Assembly (NCBI GenBank): GCA_963794945.1
Contig: CAWCFT010000008.1
Location: forward strand, 32,001 to 96,000
DNA: 64,000 nt
From: Endomicrobiales bacterium
Lineage (GTDB): Bacteria > Elusimicrobiota > Endomicrobiia > Endomicrobiales > CAWCFT01
Direction of reading: 5' to 3'
The position numbers and the translations under genes were made by a program. The number at the start of each line of letters is the position of its first letter. Position 1 is the stretch's first letter. Shown here one piece after another: positions 11,423-22,107 of this stretch. The notes beneath the pieces were generated by a model. The model did no database searches, was not told the origin of the DNA, and worked only from the letters and a program-made list of their open reading frames with translations.

Positions 11423-11892
11423 TCAAGCATAGACACACTTTCTGCCAGCAGCATTGCACTGGACGCCGGTGTATTTTTTGATACAGTTTATGAAGACTTG
11501 AGGTTCGGTGTTGTTTTCCAGAACCTGGGCCAACCTATGAAATTCAATCAACAGGCCTATTCTCTACCGCTTAATGTAAAAGCAGGCGCTAACTACCTTA
11601 TCACTGATGGGCTCGACATTTCACTTGACATCAACAAGGGGATAGAAACAGATGCCGTAATAAATTTTGGTGGCGAATATTTATACCCTATAAATGAAGA
11701 AACCGGAGTTGCTTTGCGAGGCGGCTACATGTCGAACGCTGACGGCATCGGCGTGGTGTACCAGCTCTACACCTTCGATTACGCGTTCGTCCCTTACGGC
11801 GACCTCTCTGACACTCAAAGGATATCGATAGGCTATAAATTTTAAGTGCACGAATTGTGTGATATCAGCAATAAGTATTTAAACCTAGAGGT

Positions 11893-12276
11893 ATGCGGAT
11901 GAAAAAATATTACGTGTTATTAGGTGTAATCATAGTTTCCATTGTATTTTTCTCGAGGGCGTGGGCATTAAGCCCAAGCGGAGTTTACGTTTACCCTGAC
12001 CCTTACAAGCCAGGCTCAAACACAATTTACGATAACACTGCCCTGGGAGAAGGCATAGTTTTCGCAGGACTCCCTTCTTCCGCGAGAATTAGGATATTCA
12101 CGATCTCGGGCAAGCTGGTCAAAGACATAAACGTTTCGAACAGCAAAGGGACATTCCTGTGGGACACCACGAATGCGGATAACCAGAAATGCTCTTCCGG
12201 GGTGTATTTATATATTGTCACAAACCAAGATGGCTCAGGAAACAAATATAAAGGCAAGTTCGCTATAGTTGAATGA
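11893..12276 (+). CDS. Small secreted protein made of a T9SS type A/FlgD-like C-terminal domain
   Basis: Signal peptide, then VYPDPYKP...IRIFTISGKLV...WD....SGVYLY...GKFAIVE. Confidence 0.75.
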   Translation: MRMKKYYVLLGVIIVSIVFFSRAWALSPSGVYVYPDPYKPGSNTIYDNTALGEGIVFAGLPSSARIRIFTISGKLVKDINVSNSKGTFLWDTTNADNQKCSSGVYLYIVTNQDGSGNKYKGKFAIVE

Positions 12277-12470
12277 TCAATATCCTAATCGTTAAAAAAA
12301 TAGCCTGTTCAACCATCAACAGGCTATTTTTTCGTATTATAATATTGTTCTGGAAATACTTATTTTCCAGGCAGAATTTCCTCAAAAATACTCTTTACCC
12401 CAGTTTCTATTTGAAAAATGCGTGTAAGCCGCCCAGCGGGGACTGGCCTAGGTACCAACTTTACTACCTG

Positions 12471-12944
12471 TTAAGAAACGGAACATAATTCCTTTTCACT
12501 GTCAAAACCGTCATGGCCTACGATATCCTTTATAAACCCTTTTACTTTTACTTCTATTGCGTCGCGAACCTGCTTTGTTTTCAGCATCTTTTCTTTATAC
12601 GGCCCCTCGCAAACAGTTGGGTCCGGTATGCCCCAGTGCAGCCTTTTACATATCCCTGGGAATATTGGGCATTGTTCGCCGCTTGATTTATCACAAACCG
12701 TGATGACATAATCAAAACGTCTGCCGGCCTTAAAATATTCCAATACACCCTTGGTGCTTTTTCCGGAAATATCTATACCAATGTTGGTCATGGCAGTCAC
12801 AGCTAAAGGGTTAAGCGCCCCGGGCTCAAGGCCTGCACTGCAGGCTTCAAATATATCCCCACCGAATTTATTCAGGAAGGCTTCAGCCATCTGGCTTCTG
12901 GAGCTGTTATGAACGCAAACAAATAATACTTTAATTCTGTCCAT
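12471..12944 (-). CDS. arsC: Arsenate reductase, LMW-PTPase type
   Basis: [30 protein letters not shown]. Confidence 0.92.
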   Translation of the reverse strand: MDRIKVLFVCVHNSSRSQMAEAFLNKFGGDIFEACSAGLEPGALNPLAVTAMTNIGIDISGKSTKGVLEYFKAGRRFDYVITVCDKSSGEQCPIFPGICKRLHWGIPDPTVCEGPYKEKMLKTKQVRDAIEVKVKGFIKDIVGHDGFDSEKELCSVS

Positions 12945-12950
12945 TGACTT

Positions 12951-13607
12951 TTAATCTTCGTTCATGTGATGTTTTATAACCCTGCCTTCGACAAGGTACA
13001 TCACGTCTTCGCAGATATTGGTAGAGAGGTCAGCGATCCTTTCAAGGTTACCGCTTATCCTTAAGAGATGCAGCGAGCGCTCTATTGTGGATAGGTCAGA
13101 GCTCATAAGCGTCGTCAATTCCTGGAATATCCTGTCTTTGAGGTCATCAACACTGTCATCCATAACGCAAACCGACCTGGCAAGCGCAGCATCCTCGTTT
13201 ATGAATGAACTGATGCTGTCTTTAAGCATCTTTGTTGTCAACTCACCCATTTTAGGTATATCTATTAGTGGCTTAACCTGCGGCCTTTCTATAAGGTTAA
13301 GGGCGCTTTCAACTATATTAACCGCGTGGTCGCCCATGCGTTCGAGGTCATTCGACATTTTCAGAGCCATGAGGATGAGCCTAAGGTTCTTACCCTTGGG
13401 CTGGAACTGTGCGACCAGATTCGTGCAAAACTCATCCATTGTGATCTCATAGTTGTTCGCCCTGGGTTCATCTTTTTCCATAACTTCCAGGAGCAAAGCC
13501 TTGTCCCTCAGCGACAATCCGGATACGCTGTTACTGACCATCATTTCAACCAGTATGGCATAATCGATAAGTTCTTTTTTCAGTTCAACTAATTTCTCTT
13601 CCAGCAT
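12951..13607 (-). CDS. phoU: Phosphate signalling protein PhoU
   Basis: DLERMGDHAVNI and NLERIADLSTNICE repeats. Confidence 0.96.
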   Translation of the reverse strand: MLEEKLVELKKELIDYAILVEMMVSNSVSGLSLRDKALLLEVMEKDEPRANNYEITMDEFCTNLVAQFQPKGKNLRLILMALKMSNDLERMGDHAVNIVESALNLIERPQVKPLIDIPKMGELTTKMLKDSISSFINEDAALARSVCVMDDSVDDLKDRIFQELTTLMSSDLSTIERSLHLLRISGNLERIADLSTNICEDVMYLVEGRVIKHHMNED

Positions 13608-13624
13608 ATTGTTCTCCCTTTGTC

Positions 13625-13724
13625 AGCTATAAGCTGTAAGCTTTAAGTTATAAGATAAATACCAAACCAACAAGGGTATGGTCTGTTGTTTTTACTTACA
13701 GCTTAAAACATAAAGCTTATTACT
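13625..13724. repeat. Inverted heptamer-repeat hairpin, type A (TAAGCTn)
   Basis: agctata agctgta agcttta agttata ... cttacag cttaaaa cataaag cttatta. Confidence 0.8.
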
Positions 13725-13731
13725 GTAGTTA

Positions 13732-14503
13732 TCATCCGAACTTTCCGGAAAGATATTCTTCCGTCCTTTTATCTTTAGGCACTGTGAACATCTTTTCTGT
13801 TTGACCAAACTCTATAAGCTCTCCCAGATACATAAAAACAGTGTAATCTGAGACCCTCGCCGCCTGCTGCATATTGTGAGTCACAATGACTATAGTATAG
13901 TCTTTTTTTAGCTCCAGTATCAATTCTTCTATCTTTTTTGTTGATATCGGGTCAAGGCTCGCGCATGGTTCATCGAAGAGGATCACTTCAGGCTCAACCA
14001 CCAGGCACCTGGCGATGCATAGCCTCTGCTGCTGGCCTCCCGAAAGCGAAAGAGCGGACGAATCAAGCCTGTCTTTCACTTCTTCCCAAAGGGCCGCTTT
14101 CCTAAGCGATGCCTCAATCTTTTCTTCCACCGAGTTCTTATCGTTCTCGCCGTTTATCTCCAGTCCGTATATAAGGTTCTGGTATATGCTTTTGGGGAAC
14201 GGGTTGGGCTTCTGGAAAACCATTCCCACCCGCCGTCTTATGTCAACTACGTCCATTTCCCGGGCATTGATGTCTTTGCCGTCAAGGTAAATATGCCCTT
14301 CGAGCCGGGTGTGGGGTATAAGGTCGTTCATCCTGTTGAGCAGCCTTATAAAAGTTGATTTACCGCAGCCGGATGGGCCTATTATCGCTGTCACGCGGTT
14401 CTCGTAAATGTTAAGGTTGATATCTTTAAGCGACTGTTTCAGCCCGTAAAAAAAGTTCACATTTCTCCGAATGCATCCTGGCGAGTTTAATATTAGTGTC
14501 CAT
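13732..14503 (-). CDS. pstB: Phosphate ABC transporter ATPase (5' frameshift near 14470)
   Basis: [41 protein letters not shown]; likely start ATG at 14503. Confidence 0.95.
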
Positions 14504-15345
14504 AAGAGCTCCTGTTCCTCTGCCTGAAGAAAATTGCAACGGCCGACATTGAAAGCACGAGTATAAGCAGCACCAGCGAGCATCCGTACGCGATCACGGT
14601 CTGCTGGGCCGGGTGAGTGCCCTCGGTCATAAGCGCGTATATGTGATATGGCAATGCCATAGTTTCGGATAATACAGAGCCTGGATAACCTCTCATGTAG
14701 AACGTAGCTGCTGTAAAAAGTATCGGAGCGGTTTCGCCCGCGGCCCTTCCAATGCCTATTATAACGCCTGTCAGTATGCCCGGCAGTGCCGTAGGTATGA
14801 CGATCTTTTTTATGGTCTGCCACTGCGTGGCCCCCAAAGCAAGCGACGCCTCCCGCAAAGATTGCGGCACAGCGATCAGCGCCTCCTGGGAGGCAGATAT
14901 TATTGCCGGAAGAATAAGGATACCTAGCGTAAGGCTTCCTGAAAGTATAGAAACGCCGAACCCGAAAAATTTCACGAAAACCGCGAGGCCAAATAGACCA
15001 AACACAACGGAAGGCACGCCTGCCAGATTATTTATACTCATTCTTATAATGTTTACTGCGAAACCTTTAGGGCTGTACTCGGTAAGGTATATCGCACACG
15101 CGAGCCCCATGGGAAGAGCAAAAATCACCGACCCTAGTGTAAGGTAAAAAGTGCCTACTATGGCCGGTGCGACACCGCCTTTTGTCATGCCGTTGCGGGG
15201 TATCTCCGTAAGGAACTCCCAGCTTATGGCATTGAAACCTTTTGAAATAATGAAATATAGTATGCTCCCTAAAAAAAAGAGAGTGATTATTACACTTAAT
15301 ATAATGCAGCGTAAATCCAATGTTCTGGTATATTTTATTTTTCAT
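14493..15345 (-). CDS. pstA: Phosphate ABC transporter permease PstA (5' frameshift)
   Basis: [31 protein letters not shown]-terminus [11 protein letters not shown] lies in another frame. Confidence 0.94.
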
Positions 15346-15362
15346 AGGATTAATCCCGAACT

Positions 15363-15458
15363 AATCAAAAATCAAACATCAAATATCAAAAATTAAGTTA
15401 ACAGCTTCAATAAATCACAACCTTCATTTTTGAACTTTGATTCTTGATATTTGATATT
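15363..15458. repeat. Inverted heptamer-repeat hairpin, type B (ATCAAAn)
   Basis: atcaaaa atcaaac atcaaat atcaaaa ... tttgaac tttgatt cttgata tttgata. Confidence 0.85.
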
Positions 15459-15459
15459 T

Positions 15460-16344
15460 CTATCTGCTTAACCCCAGCTTTATTCTATATTTTCTGCTTA
15501 TCATCTCGGCAACTATATTGAAAACCATAGTCACAAGGAACAGTATCAGGCCGATCGCGAAAAGCGCACTGTAGTGCGTACTTCCCATGACTGCCTCGCC
15601 CATCTCGGCGGCTATGGTAGATGTCATCGGCCTTACGGGGTCGAGATATGACTTGGGAATAACCGCAGCACCACCCGAAACCATCAGGACAGTCATTGTT
15701 TCCCCGACTATCCTGCTTAAACCAAGAATGATGGATGTTGAAATGCCCGAGCCTGCCGCAGGTATAACGACTTTAGTCAGCGTCTGCCAGCGGTTCGCGC
15801 CTAGCGCGTAGGATGCTTCCTTAAAGCTCATGGGAACATAGCTAAGCGCATCTTCCGCAAGGCTCGAAATAGTAGGTATCGCCATGATGCCTAAAACAAC
15901 GCTACCGGTCAATGCGCACATGCCGGTGGGTATACTAAAAAGGTTCTGAATAAAGGGGGCTACAACAACCATCCCGAAAAAACCGAACACTATCGAAGGG
16001 ATGCCTGACAATATTTCGATCGCGGGTTTGAGTATACTTCTCTGTTTTTGGCCGGCAAGTTCATAAACATATAGAGCGCTTCCTATTCCGAGTGGCACGC
16101 TCACGGCCATGGCGCCCAGAGTTACCCATATGGAAGCGAGTATTAGAGGAAGTATCCCGTATTCAGGTGGGTCGTAAGTCGGGTACCAGCTTTTCCCAAG
16201 AATAAACTTAAATATCCCTACTTCATGGAAAATGGGCAGGCCTTCTTTGAACAGGACTATCGTGATCCCCAATAGGAACAAAAGTGAAGAGAACGCTAAA
16301 GCGGCGAAAATCCACTCATATATTTTTTCTTTTAACCGGTACAT
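15460..16344 (-). CDS. pstC: Phosphate ABC transporter permease PstC
   Basis: EILSGIPSIVFG, EASYALGA, RIVGETM. Confidence 0.96.
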   Translation of the reverse strand: MYRLKEKIYEWIFAALAFSSLLFLLGITIVLFKEGLPIFHEVGIFKFILGKSWYPTYDPPEYGILPLILASIWVTLGAMAVSVPLGIGSALYVYELAGQKQRSILKPAIEILSGIPSIVFGFFGMVVVAPFIQNLFSIPTGMCALTGSVVLGIMAIPTISSLAEDALSYVPMSFKEASYALGANRWQTLTKVVIPAAGSGISTSIILGLSRIVGETMTVLMVSGGAAVIPKSYLDPVRPMTSTIAAEMGEAVMGSTHYSALFAIGLILFLVTMVFNIVAEMISRKYRIKLGLSR

Positions 16345-16354
16345 TATTCCTCAT

Positions 16355-16494
16355 AAAAAAACAATTTCAGCCAATACATGAAACCTAAGCTATCGTTTCT
16401 TCCCGCCGGTCGCTCGAGCTTACCAGTTAGAAGCTTTCGGAAGCCAGGCTCACGTGGCACAACAAGTAGTTGCTTGTTGTGTTCGGCTGAAATT
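16355..16494 (-). ncRNA. Candidate structured cis-regulatory RNA in the pstC leader
   Basis: 10-bp closing stem aatttcagcc/ggctgaaatt; internal hairpins cacaacaag/cttgttgtg and agctt/aagct; U-run just before the pstC RBS. Confidence 0.5.
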
Positions 16495-16505
16495 AAGTCC
16501 TGTTA

Positions 16506-16588
16506 AAACCCGGATTACACAGACCGGCTAGTATTATACAAGGGAGGCAAGTATAATATTTACCAAAGTCTGTGTAATCGAGGGTTTA
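16506..16588 (-). other. Long stem-loop 3' of pstS (probable mRNA-stabilising or attenuating hairpin)
   Basis: aaaccc..gattacacagac ... gtctgtgtaatc..gggttt. Confidence 0.6.
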
Positions 16589-16602
16589 TAATAAATATTC
16601 CT

Positions 16603-17429
16603 TTACTTAAGGCTTACAAAACCTTCTTCTTCAACTATTTTCTGGCCATCTTTGCTAAGTATGAACTCAATAAGATCCTTCGCTGTTCCTTTGGGCTCGC
16701 CATTCGTGTACATGAATAGGGGCCTTGAATACGGGTACTTACCTGTCAGAACCGTTTCAGAACTCGGAGTTACTCCTTCAATTTTGAGTGCTTTTACTGA
16801 ATCAGAAATATATCCCATACCAACGTAGCCGATCGCGCCAGGGGTCTTCGCAACCATCGAGGCAACGGCCTGGTTTGAAGCCTGCATAAGAGCGTCGGAA
16901 CGAACTTTCATCCCGTGCAAGGCAAGGCTTCCGAACGCTTCAAATGTTCCCGAAGCGCTGTCGCGAGACACAACTACTATCGGGCCCGATCCGTGTCCAA
17001 GCTCAGACCAATCGGATATCTTGCCAGTAAATATTTCCATTACATGTTTTTTAGTCATCCCCGACATTGCGTTTTCCGGGTTAACAATGACCGCTATTCC
17101 GTCCATAGCTATAACATGAGCCTTCGGGTCCCTGCCGTTGCTCGCCGCCTGCTGGAGCTCGGCATCTTTTATCGCTCTTGATGCATCTGCTATATCGCAG
17201 GTTCCTGCGATTATCGAAGCTATTCCTACTCCAGAACGCCGCCGCGTACTGTAATATCGGCATCGGGGTTATTGTTCATGAACGTCTCGGCCGCTTTCTG
17301 CGCGATGGGCAGAACTGTGGTCGAACCTTCAAGAACTATCTTTTTAGACTTCCCTGCGGCGAAGGATGTTACTCCCAACGCGGGGAACATCACTGCGCAA
17401 GTAATAAGCAAACTTATAAATTTCTTCAT
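16603..17429 (-). CDS. pstS: Phosphate-binding protein PstS (frameshifts ~17235 and ~17145)
   Basis: EGSTTVLP, DGIAVIVNP, SRDSASGT, YPYSRPLFMY across fragments. Confidence 0.93.
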
Positions 17430-17482
17430 TATTATCTCCTTTCGATTCTCCGCTGTTTAAGCGGGCCTTACTTCCGCTGACA

Positions 17483-18847
17483 TTAGAACTTATATATCAA
17501 GTCGCTCTGGAACATGTTGTAAGGTGTCAAGCTGCTAGCGCCCTCTATCTTATCATATTGATAGTAGGTGAAAGCAACGAGAACAGCCTTGCTCAGGCCG
17601 AAATTGAGCTGTTCCTGAGTACCCTTGATGTTACTATATCCTTTGCCGCCGTCAGGATCGTTCGCTCCAAGTCCGGAAATCCATGCATTGCCGCCAAGGC
17701 TTCTTGACAAGACCACGATCTGCCACTGGCCAAAACCCGCAACTGAGCTTGCGCCAAGTTTTATACCGTAGCATGACGCAGTTTCGTCCACTATGTTCAC
17801 GTTGGCCGCTGAGTATCCGTTGGAAGCCATATCACCAATGACAGAGACCCCATTGCTGCAATACAAGTTCTTCCAGGTCAACTCGAAGCTTTCGCTCATT
17901 ACATTATAATCAAGGGACGGATTAGTTACAGCAAATGTTCCGTTTGGGCTCATTACTACAGGTACACCAGCGTTGCCTTGTTGGTCTAAACCTGTGCCAC
18001 AGCACTCGTTCTGGACGTCAAGATTTTGTTCAGCAACACCCAATTTGACCTTATAATCATCTGTGTCCCATGTATAAACAAGTTCGCCGATACTCGCTGT
18101 CGGATTTGCTAACGTTGCTGATTTAATATTGTCGATAGTCAGCCAGCTTCCAATAAGAGCCAGATTCATCTGGCTGGTTATGTTGCGGCTGATTGTCAAA
18201 GCCACTCCGTCCGGATTGAGGCTTGATTCCCACAACAGGTCGGTAGCATTCCAAACCTCAGCGCCCTGTCTCATTTTACCAGCAGTCACTACTCCATTGA
18301 AACCGAAGAATGAACGGTCATACTCTACGAAAGCAAGGTTAAGCTCTAAAGGCAGCCTTCCGAAACTGTTAAACGTTGCATTAGCGGAACCGGAGTTGGC
18401 ATCAGTGACGTTTCCATTTAATTCATCTGCATCTGCGCCAATCGCTTCGGAGCCTGTTGCAAAACCGAAACCGGCTTTGAAGCCCTCTGAAAGGCGGGTG
18501 TCGACGTTCATGCGCAGGCGCACTCTGTCGCGTATTCTGTCATAGTTGCCACTATAGTTGTTACTCTTCGCCGCGGCAGCCAGAATCCAGTCATCCTGCA
18601 CGCGAAGCCTTAAATCCCCGCTAAAAACCATATTCTGTACCCATGTCGGGCATGTGCTTGCCTTGCCTGACATAAGTTCTTTTCTTGCTTCCTCCGCGCT
18701 TTCCGTCTTTATCTGCTGCGCTTCGCCATAAGTAATAACGCCTTTTTCCGCAAGTTTATCGGTTAACATATCAATGTCATACGCGAAAACAAATGAACTG
18801 CATATACTGCACAACAGTGCTGCCGATACCAACAATTTACTGTTCAC
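17483..18847 (-). CDS. Putative porin (probably phosphate-selective)
   Basis: Signal peptide, L.EKGVIT..EA, SGDLRLR, C-terminal QSDLIYKF; first gene of the pst operon. Confidence 0.8.
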   Translation of the reverse strand: MNSKLLVSAALLCSICSSFVFAYDIDMLTDKLAEKGVITYGEAQQIKTESAEEARKELMSGKASTCPTWVQNMVFSGDLRLRVQDDWILAAAAKSNNYSGNYDRIRDRVRLRMNVDTRLSEGFKAGFGFATGSEAIGADADELNGNVTDANSGSANATFNSFGRLPLELNLAFVEYDRSFFGFNGVVTAGKMRQGAEVWNATDLLWESSLNPDGVALTISRNITSQMNLALIGSWLTIDNIKSATLANPTASIGELVYTWDTDDYKVKLGVAEQNLDVQNECCGTGLDQQGNAGVPVVMSPNGTFAVTNPSLDYNVMSESFELTWKNLYCSNGVSVIGDMASNGYSAANVNIVDETASCYGIKLGASSVAGFGQWQIVVLSRSLGGNAWISGLGANDPDGGKGYSNIKGTQEQLNFGLSKAVLVAFTYYQYDKIEGASSLTPYNMFQSDLIYKF

Positions 18848-18933
18848 AATTATTTACCTCCATTTTTTTTCGACCTTCTGCCGTCCTGTCCGGGCGGTAA
18901 TCATTCTCCTTTTGCACAATGATACAAAAGGAG

Positions 18934-18972
18934 CATTAAGGAAGAATTAAATAATTGTTAATTTTGTGTTAA
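18934..18972 (-). promoter_or_regulatory. Pho box (four hexamers in 11-bp phase)
   Basis: Minus strand: TTAACA caaaa TTAACA attat TTAATT cttcc TTAATG, upstream of porin-pstSCAB. Confidence 0.75.
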
Positions 18973-18990
18973 GTGGTTCCAAAGGAGGCG

Positions 18991-20719
18991 TTATTGGAGA
19001 GAAGGCAGAACAACGGTGAATTTTGTCCCGTGCCCAGGCTCGCTTGTAACTGATATATCGCCGTTTGCGTAACGTTATTATATGCTTGACTATCGCAAGC
19101 CCTAGCCCAGTACCGCCGAGTTTCCTAGACCGCGATTTATCAACTACGTAGAACCTTTCAAATATCCTCGGCAAATGTTCCTTGGGTATGCCTATGCCTG
19201 TGTCCTCGATCTCAATAACAATTGAGCTTCCGGATTTTTTTATCGCCAGGCTGACGCCGCCCTTGTCCGTATATTTAACCGCGTTATCCAGAAGATTAAT
19301 AAATACCTGTTCTATCTTAAAAGCATCGGCCTTAACTGGAGGAATATTTTCTGCGTCTAATTTAAGGCTCAGCCCCTTTTCCTGCACCCTCGCGCCGAAT
19401 ATCGCCATGGCCTCTTGCGCTACCTTTCTGAGGTCAACCTCGCCCAGGTCCAGTTTAAATCCGTGTTCTTCAAGATTTGACAAGACCAAAAGATCTTCGA
19501 CAATCCTTATAAGCCTGTTTGTATTCTTTATTATCGTATTGCAGTAACCCTTATTTTGTTCGCTGCCGGCGCTGTCTTCAAGGGTCTCCGCGAAGCCTTT
19601 AATAGCTGTAAGCGGCGTGCGCAGCTCATGCGAGACGTTTGTTACAAGGTCCTTCTTTAACTTGTCCATCTGTTTGAGATGAGTTATATCGTGGAACACT
19701 GCTATATACTCGTCTCTTCCGAGTATAAGCGATATTCCGCAAAGATAAGTTCTTCCTTCTATATCAATTTCAGCTCTAGCGTTATTAATATCGGCCGAAA
19801 CCTGTTTTACCAGGTCGTTGAACGCGCCGCTCATGATAATTTCCCAATACAATCTGCCTACGGCTTTCTGGCTGAATTCCTTCTCAAAGCTTGAGTTTGC
19901 GTACTTAATGCGCCCGTTACTGCTAAATACTGCCAGCGGTTCCTGAATTGAGAATATGATAGCTTCTACTTCTTTCTGCTTGCCAGCAGCTTCGTCAAAA
20001 TTCTTTTTAATGTCCCGAGTCATTGTGTTGAACGCATTGCCAAGTTCGCTTAATTCGTCGTTGTTCCTTACTTGTACTTTCACGTTATAGTCCCCCAGAG
20101 ATACTTTTCTCGCGGCTTCGGCGAGTGCCTTTAGCGGCCTGGATAGTTTTTTTGCGAAGAGATAGGCCATCACCAACGCCAATAAAAGCATGAATACGGC
20201 CCATTTAATAATATGTTCTTTAAGAGTGCTAAGAAGAGTATTTATATCTTTAAGGAGGATGCTCGCGCGGAGCACCCCAATGACCCTGCCGTTATCCACA
20301 AGCGGTTTCGCCACATAAAGCATTTCATCGTTTATAGTTGAGCTGAAACGGATAGCCACTCCCGTACCGCCTTTTAACGCTTCAGCTATCTCAGGGCGAG
20401 TTTTATGATTGCTCATAGTTGTGGGATTATTCTCGGAATCTGAGATAACAACGCCGTCAACATCAATCAAAGTCAGTCTGTAATGGGTTTTTTGGTCCAG
20501 CTCGGTAATTTGCTTGTTTATTGCGTCAATGGATCTGCTTTTAAAAAGTTTCCTGGTTTCAGGAGTTAGAGAAATAATAAGGTTATCCAGGGTTCTGGTT
20601 AGTGTTTCTATGTAGCTGGCCCTGATCATTTTGAACGAAATTAACAGTATCAGCAAAGAAAGCATTACCGTAATAAAAAAGAAACCTGCGAATATTTTAG
20701 AAAATATGGTCCTGAACAT
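18991..20719 (-). CDS. phoR: Phosphate regulon sensor kinase PhoR (3' frameshift ~19070)
   Basis: MSNHKTRPEI, HAMP, PAS, SHELRTPLT, FERFYVVDKSRSR..GGTGLGL; the corrected frame ends at TAA 18991. Confidence 0.92.
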
Positions 20720-20720
20720 C

Positions 20721-21401
20721 TTATTCCTCTAGTTTATAACCTATGCCCCTGGTATTTTTTATGAGAGCTCCTGCTTTTCCCAATTTCTCTCTAAGGTGCC
20801 TGACGTGCACATCGATTGTCCTATCAACTACTATCTTTTCATCGCCCCAGAGGTAGTCCAACAGCCTGTCGCGAGAGAACACCTTGCCTTTATTCGAAGC
20901 AAGCAGGTGAAGTATCTTAAACTCCGTCGTAGTCAATTCAATGGCCTCCCCACTCACTTCGACAGAATAGTTTTCTGGGAATATTTTCAATATCCCGGCT
21001 ACCTCAACCGACTTATCCGAAACCTTAGCTTCGTTGCGCCTCAAAACAACCTTGACCCGGGTTATCAGTTCTTTTACCGAAAAAGGTTTGGTAACGTAAT
21101 CATCGGCTCCTATCTCCAGCCCAACGATCTTATCCGACTCATCGCTTTTAGCAGTAAGCATTATCACAGGTATACGCGAATATTTCGGGTCTTTTTTCAA
21201 CTGTTTGCATATCTCGAACCCATCCATATCCGGCAGCATCACATCCAGAATAATGAGGGCCGGAGCGCCGTTTTTCAGGAATCTGAACAACCCTTTTGCG
21301 TCGCCAAACTCTTTAGAGGAAAAACCGTTCCTCTTGAGGTTTATCGATATAAGTTCACAAATATCTTCTTCGTCATCAACTACCGCGATAAGGTCTTTCA
21401 T
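20721..21401 (-). CDS. phoB: OmpR-family response regulator PhoB/PhoP
   Basis: LDVMLP, GADDYVTKPF, RTIDVHVRHLREKL; adjacent to phoR and pst. Confidence 0.9.
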   Translation of the reverse strand: MKDLIAVVDDEEDICELISINLKRNGFSSKEFGDAKGLFRFLKNGAPALIILDVMLPDMDGFEICKQLKKDPKYSRIPVIMLTAKSDESDKIVGLEIGADDYVTKPFSVKELITRVKVVLRRNEAKVSDKSVEVAGILKIFPENYSVEVSGEAIELTTTEFKILHLLASNKGKVFSRDRLLDYLWGDEKIVVDRTIDVHVRHLREKLGKAGALIKNTRGIGYKLEE

Positions 21402-21814
21402 TTAATCTCCCTTGCAGGATGACTATATTTATTAAAAATATGTTCATCCCCCCTATTCTGCCCAAAAATGTTCAACGAATTTCCGCTCCTGATAGATAAA
21501 TGCCAGCGCTATAACTCGTTCTATTGCATATTTTAGCAAAATTTTAAGCACTTTTCTGTTTTTTGCTTGGAATTTTCCAACACATTGTGCCGCGCTGCAT
21601 TTCCACGCCTTCGGCCGATATAATTATTTTGTCTGCCCATACTGGCTTTATCAAAATCATTACAGGCAATAACCACGTATTTCAAAAGATTGTACGCAAA
21701 TATTACCGTCGCAACCAGGCAAGGATGCGCGGCCATATTATATTGGTTTTAGCCCTTGAATAAATTTCGTGATATTTGTTTTAATTCAAGAACTTTTTCC
21801 CGGACTTAGATTAT

Positions 21815-21864
21815 ATAACCTTGCATTAACAAATAATTTATTGTAAATTAACATAATATTAACA
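21815..21864 (+). promoter_or_regulatory. Second Pho-box-like array
   Basis: ATAACC (21815) and TTAACA (21826, 21848, 21859) in 11-bp register. Confidence 0.55.
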
Positions 21865-22107
21865 CGTTTTTCATAACATGACTAAAAGAAAAAACATTTC
21901 CTAATTCCGAATCATTGCACTACGCGAAGCTCTGTAGAATGGCAAAGCACCCTCTTTAATATTCTTGCTAATGACTTCCTAAAATCATATAATGATCACA
22001 TATTGCCATCAATTATCCTTCCGTTTTCGCTGCCGTTATTACTTAATTGAATGGAATTTTATTGAACAGCCATCAAAAACACTCGTGATATTCTAGAAGA
22101 GAATAAT

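Larger units (their letters stand above)
10400..11845 (+). pseudogene. PorV/PorQ (UPF0164)-family outer-membrane protein interrupted by IS200
   Basis: ADFLNISIGAKNAAMGE and YWNPAGL in the N-half; DYAFVPYGDL..TQRISIGYKF in the C-half. Both halves are in the same frame and join as KYIK|SSIDT once 10886..11422 is removed. Confidence 0.88.
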
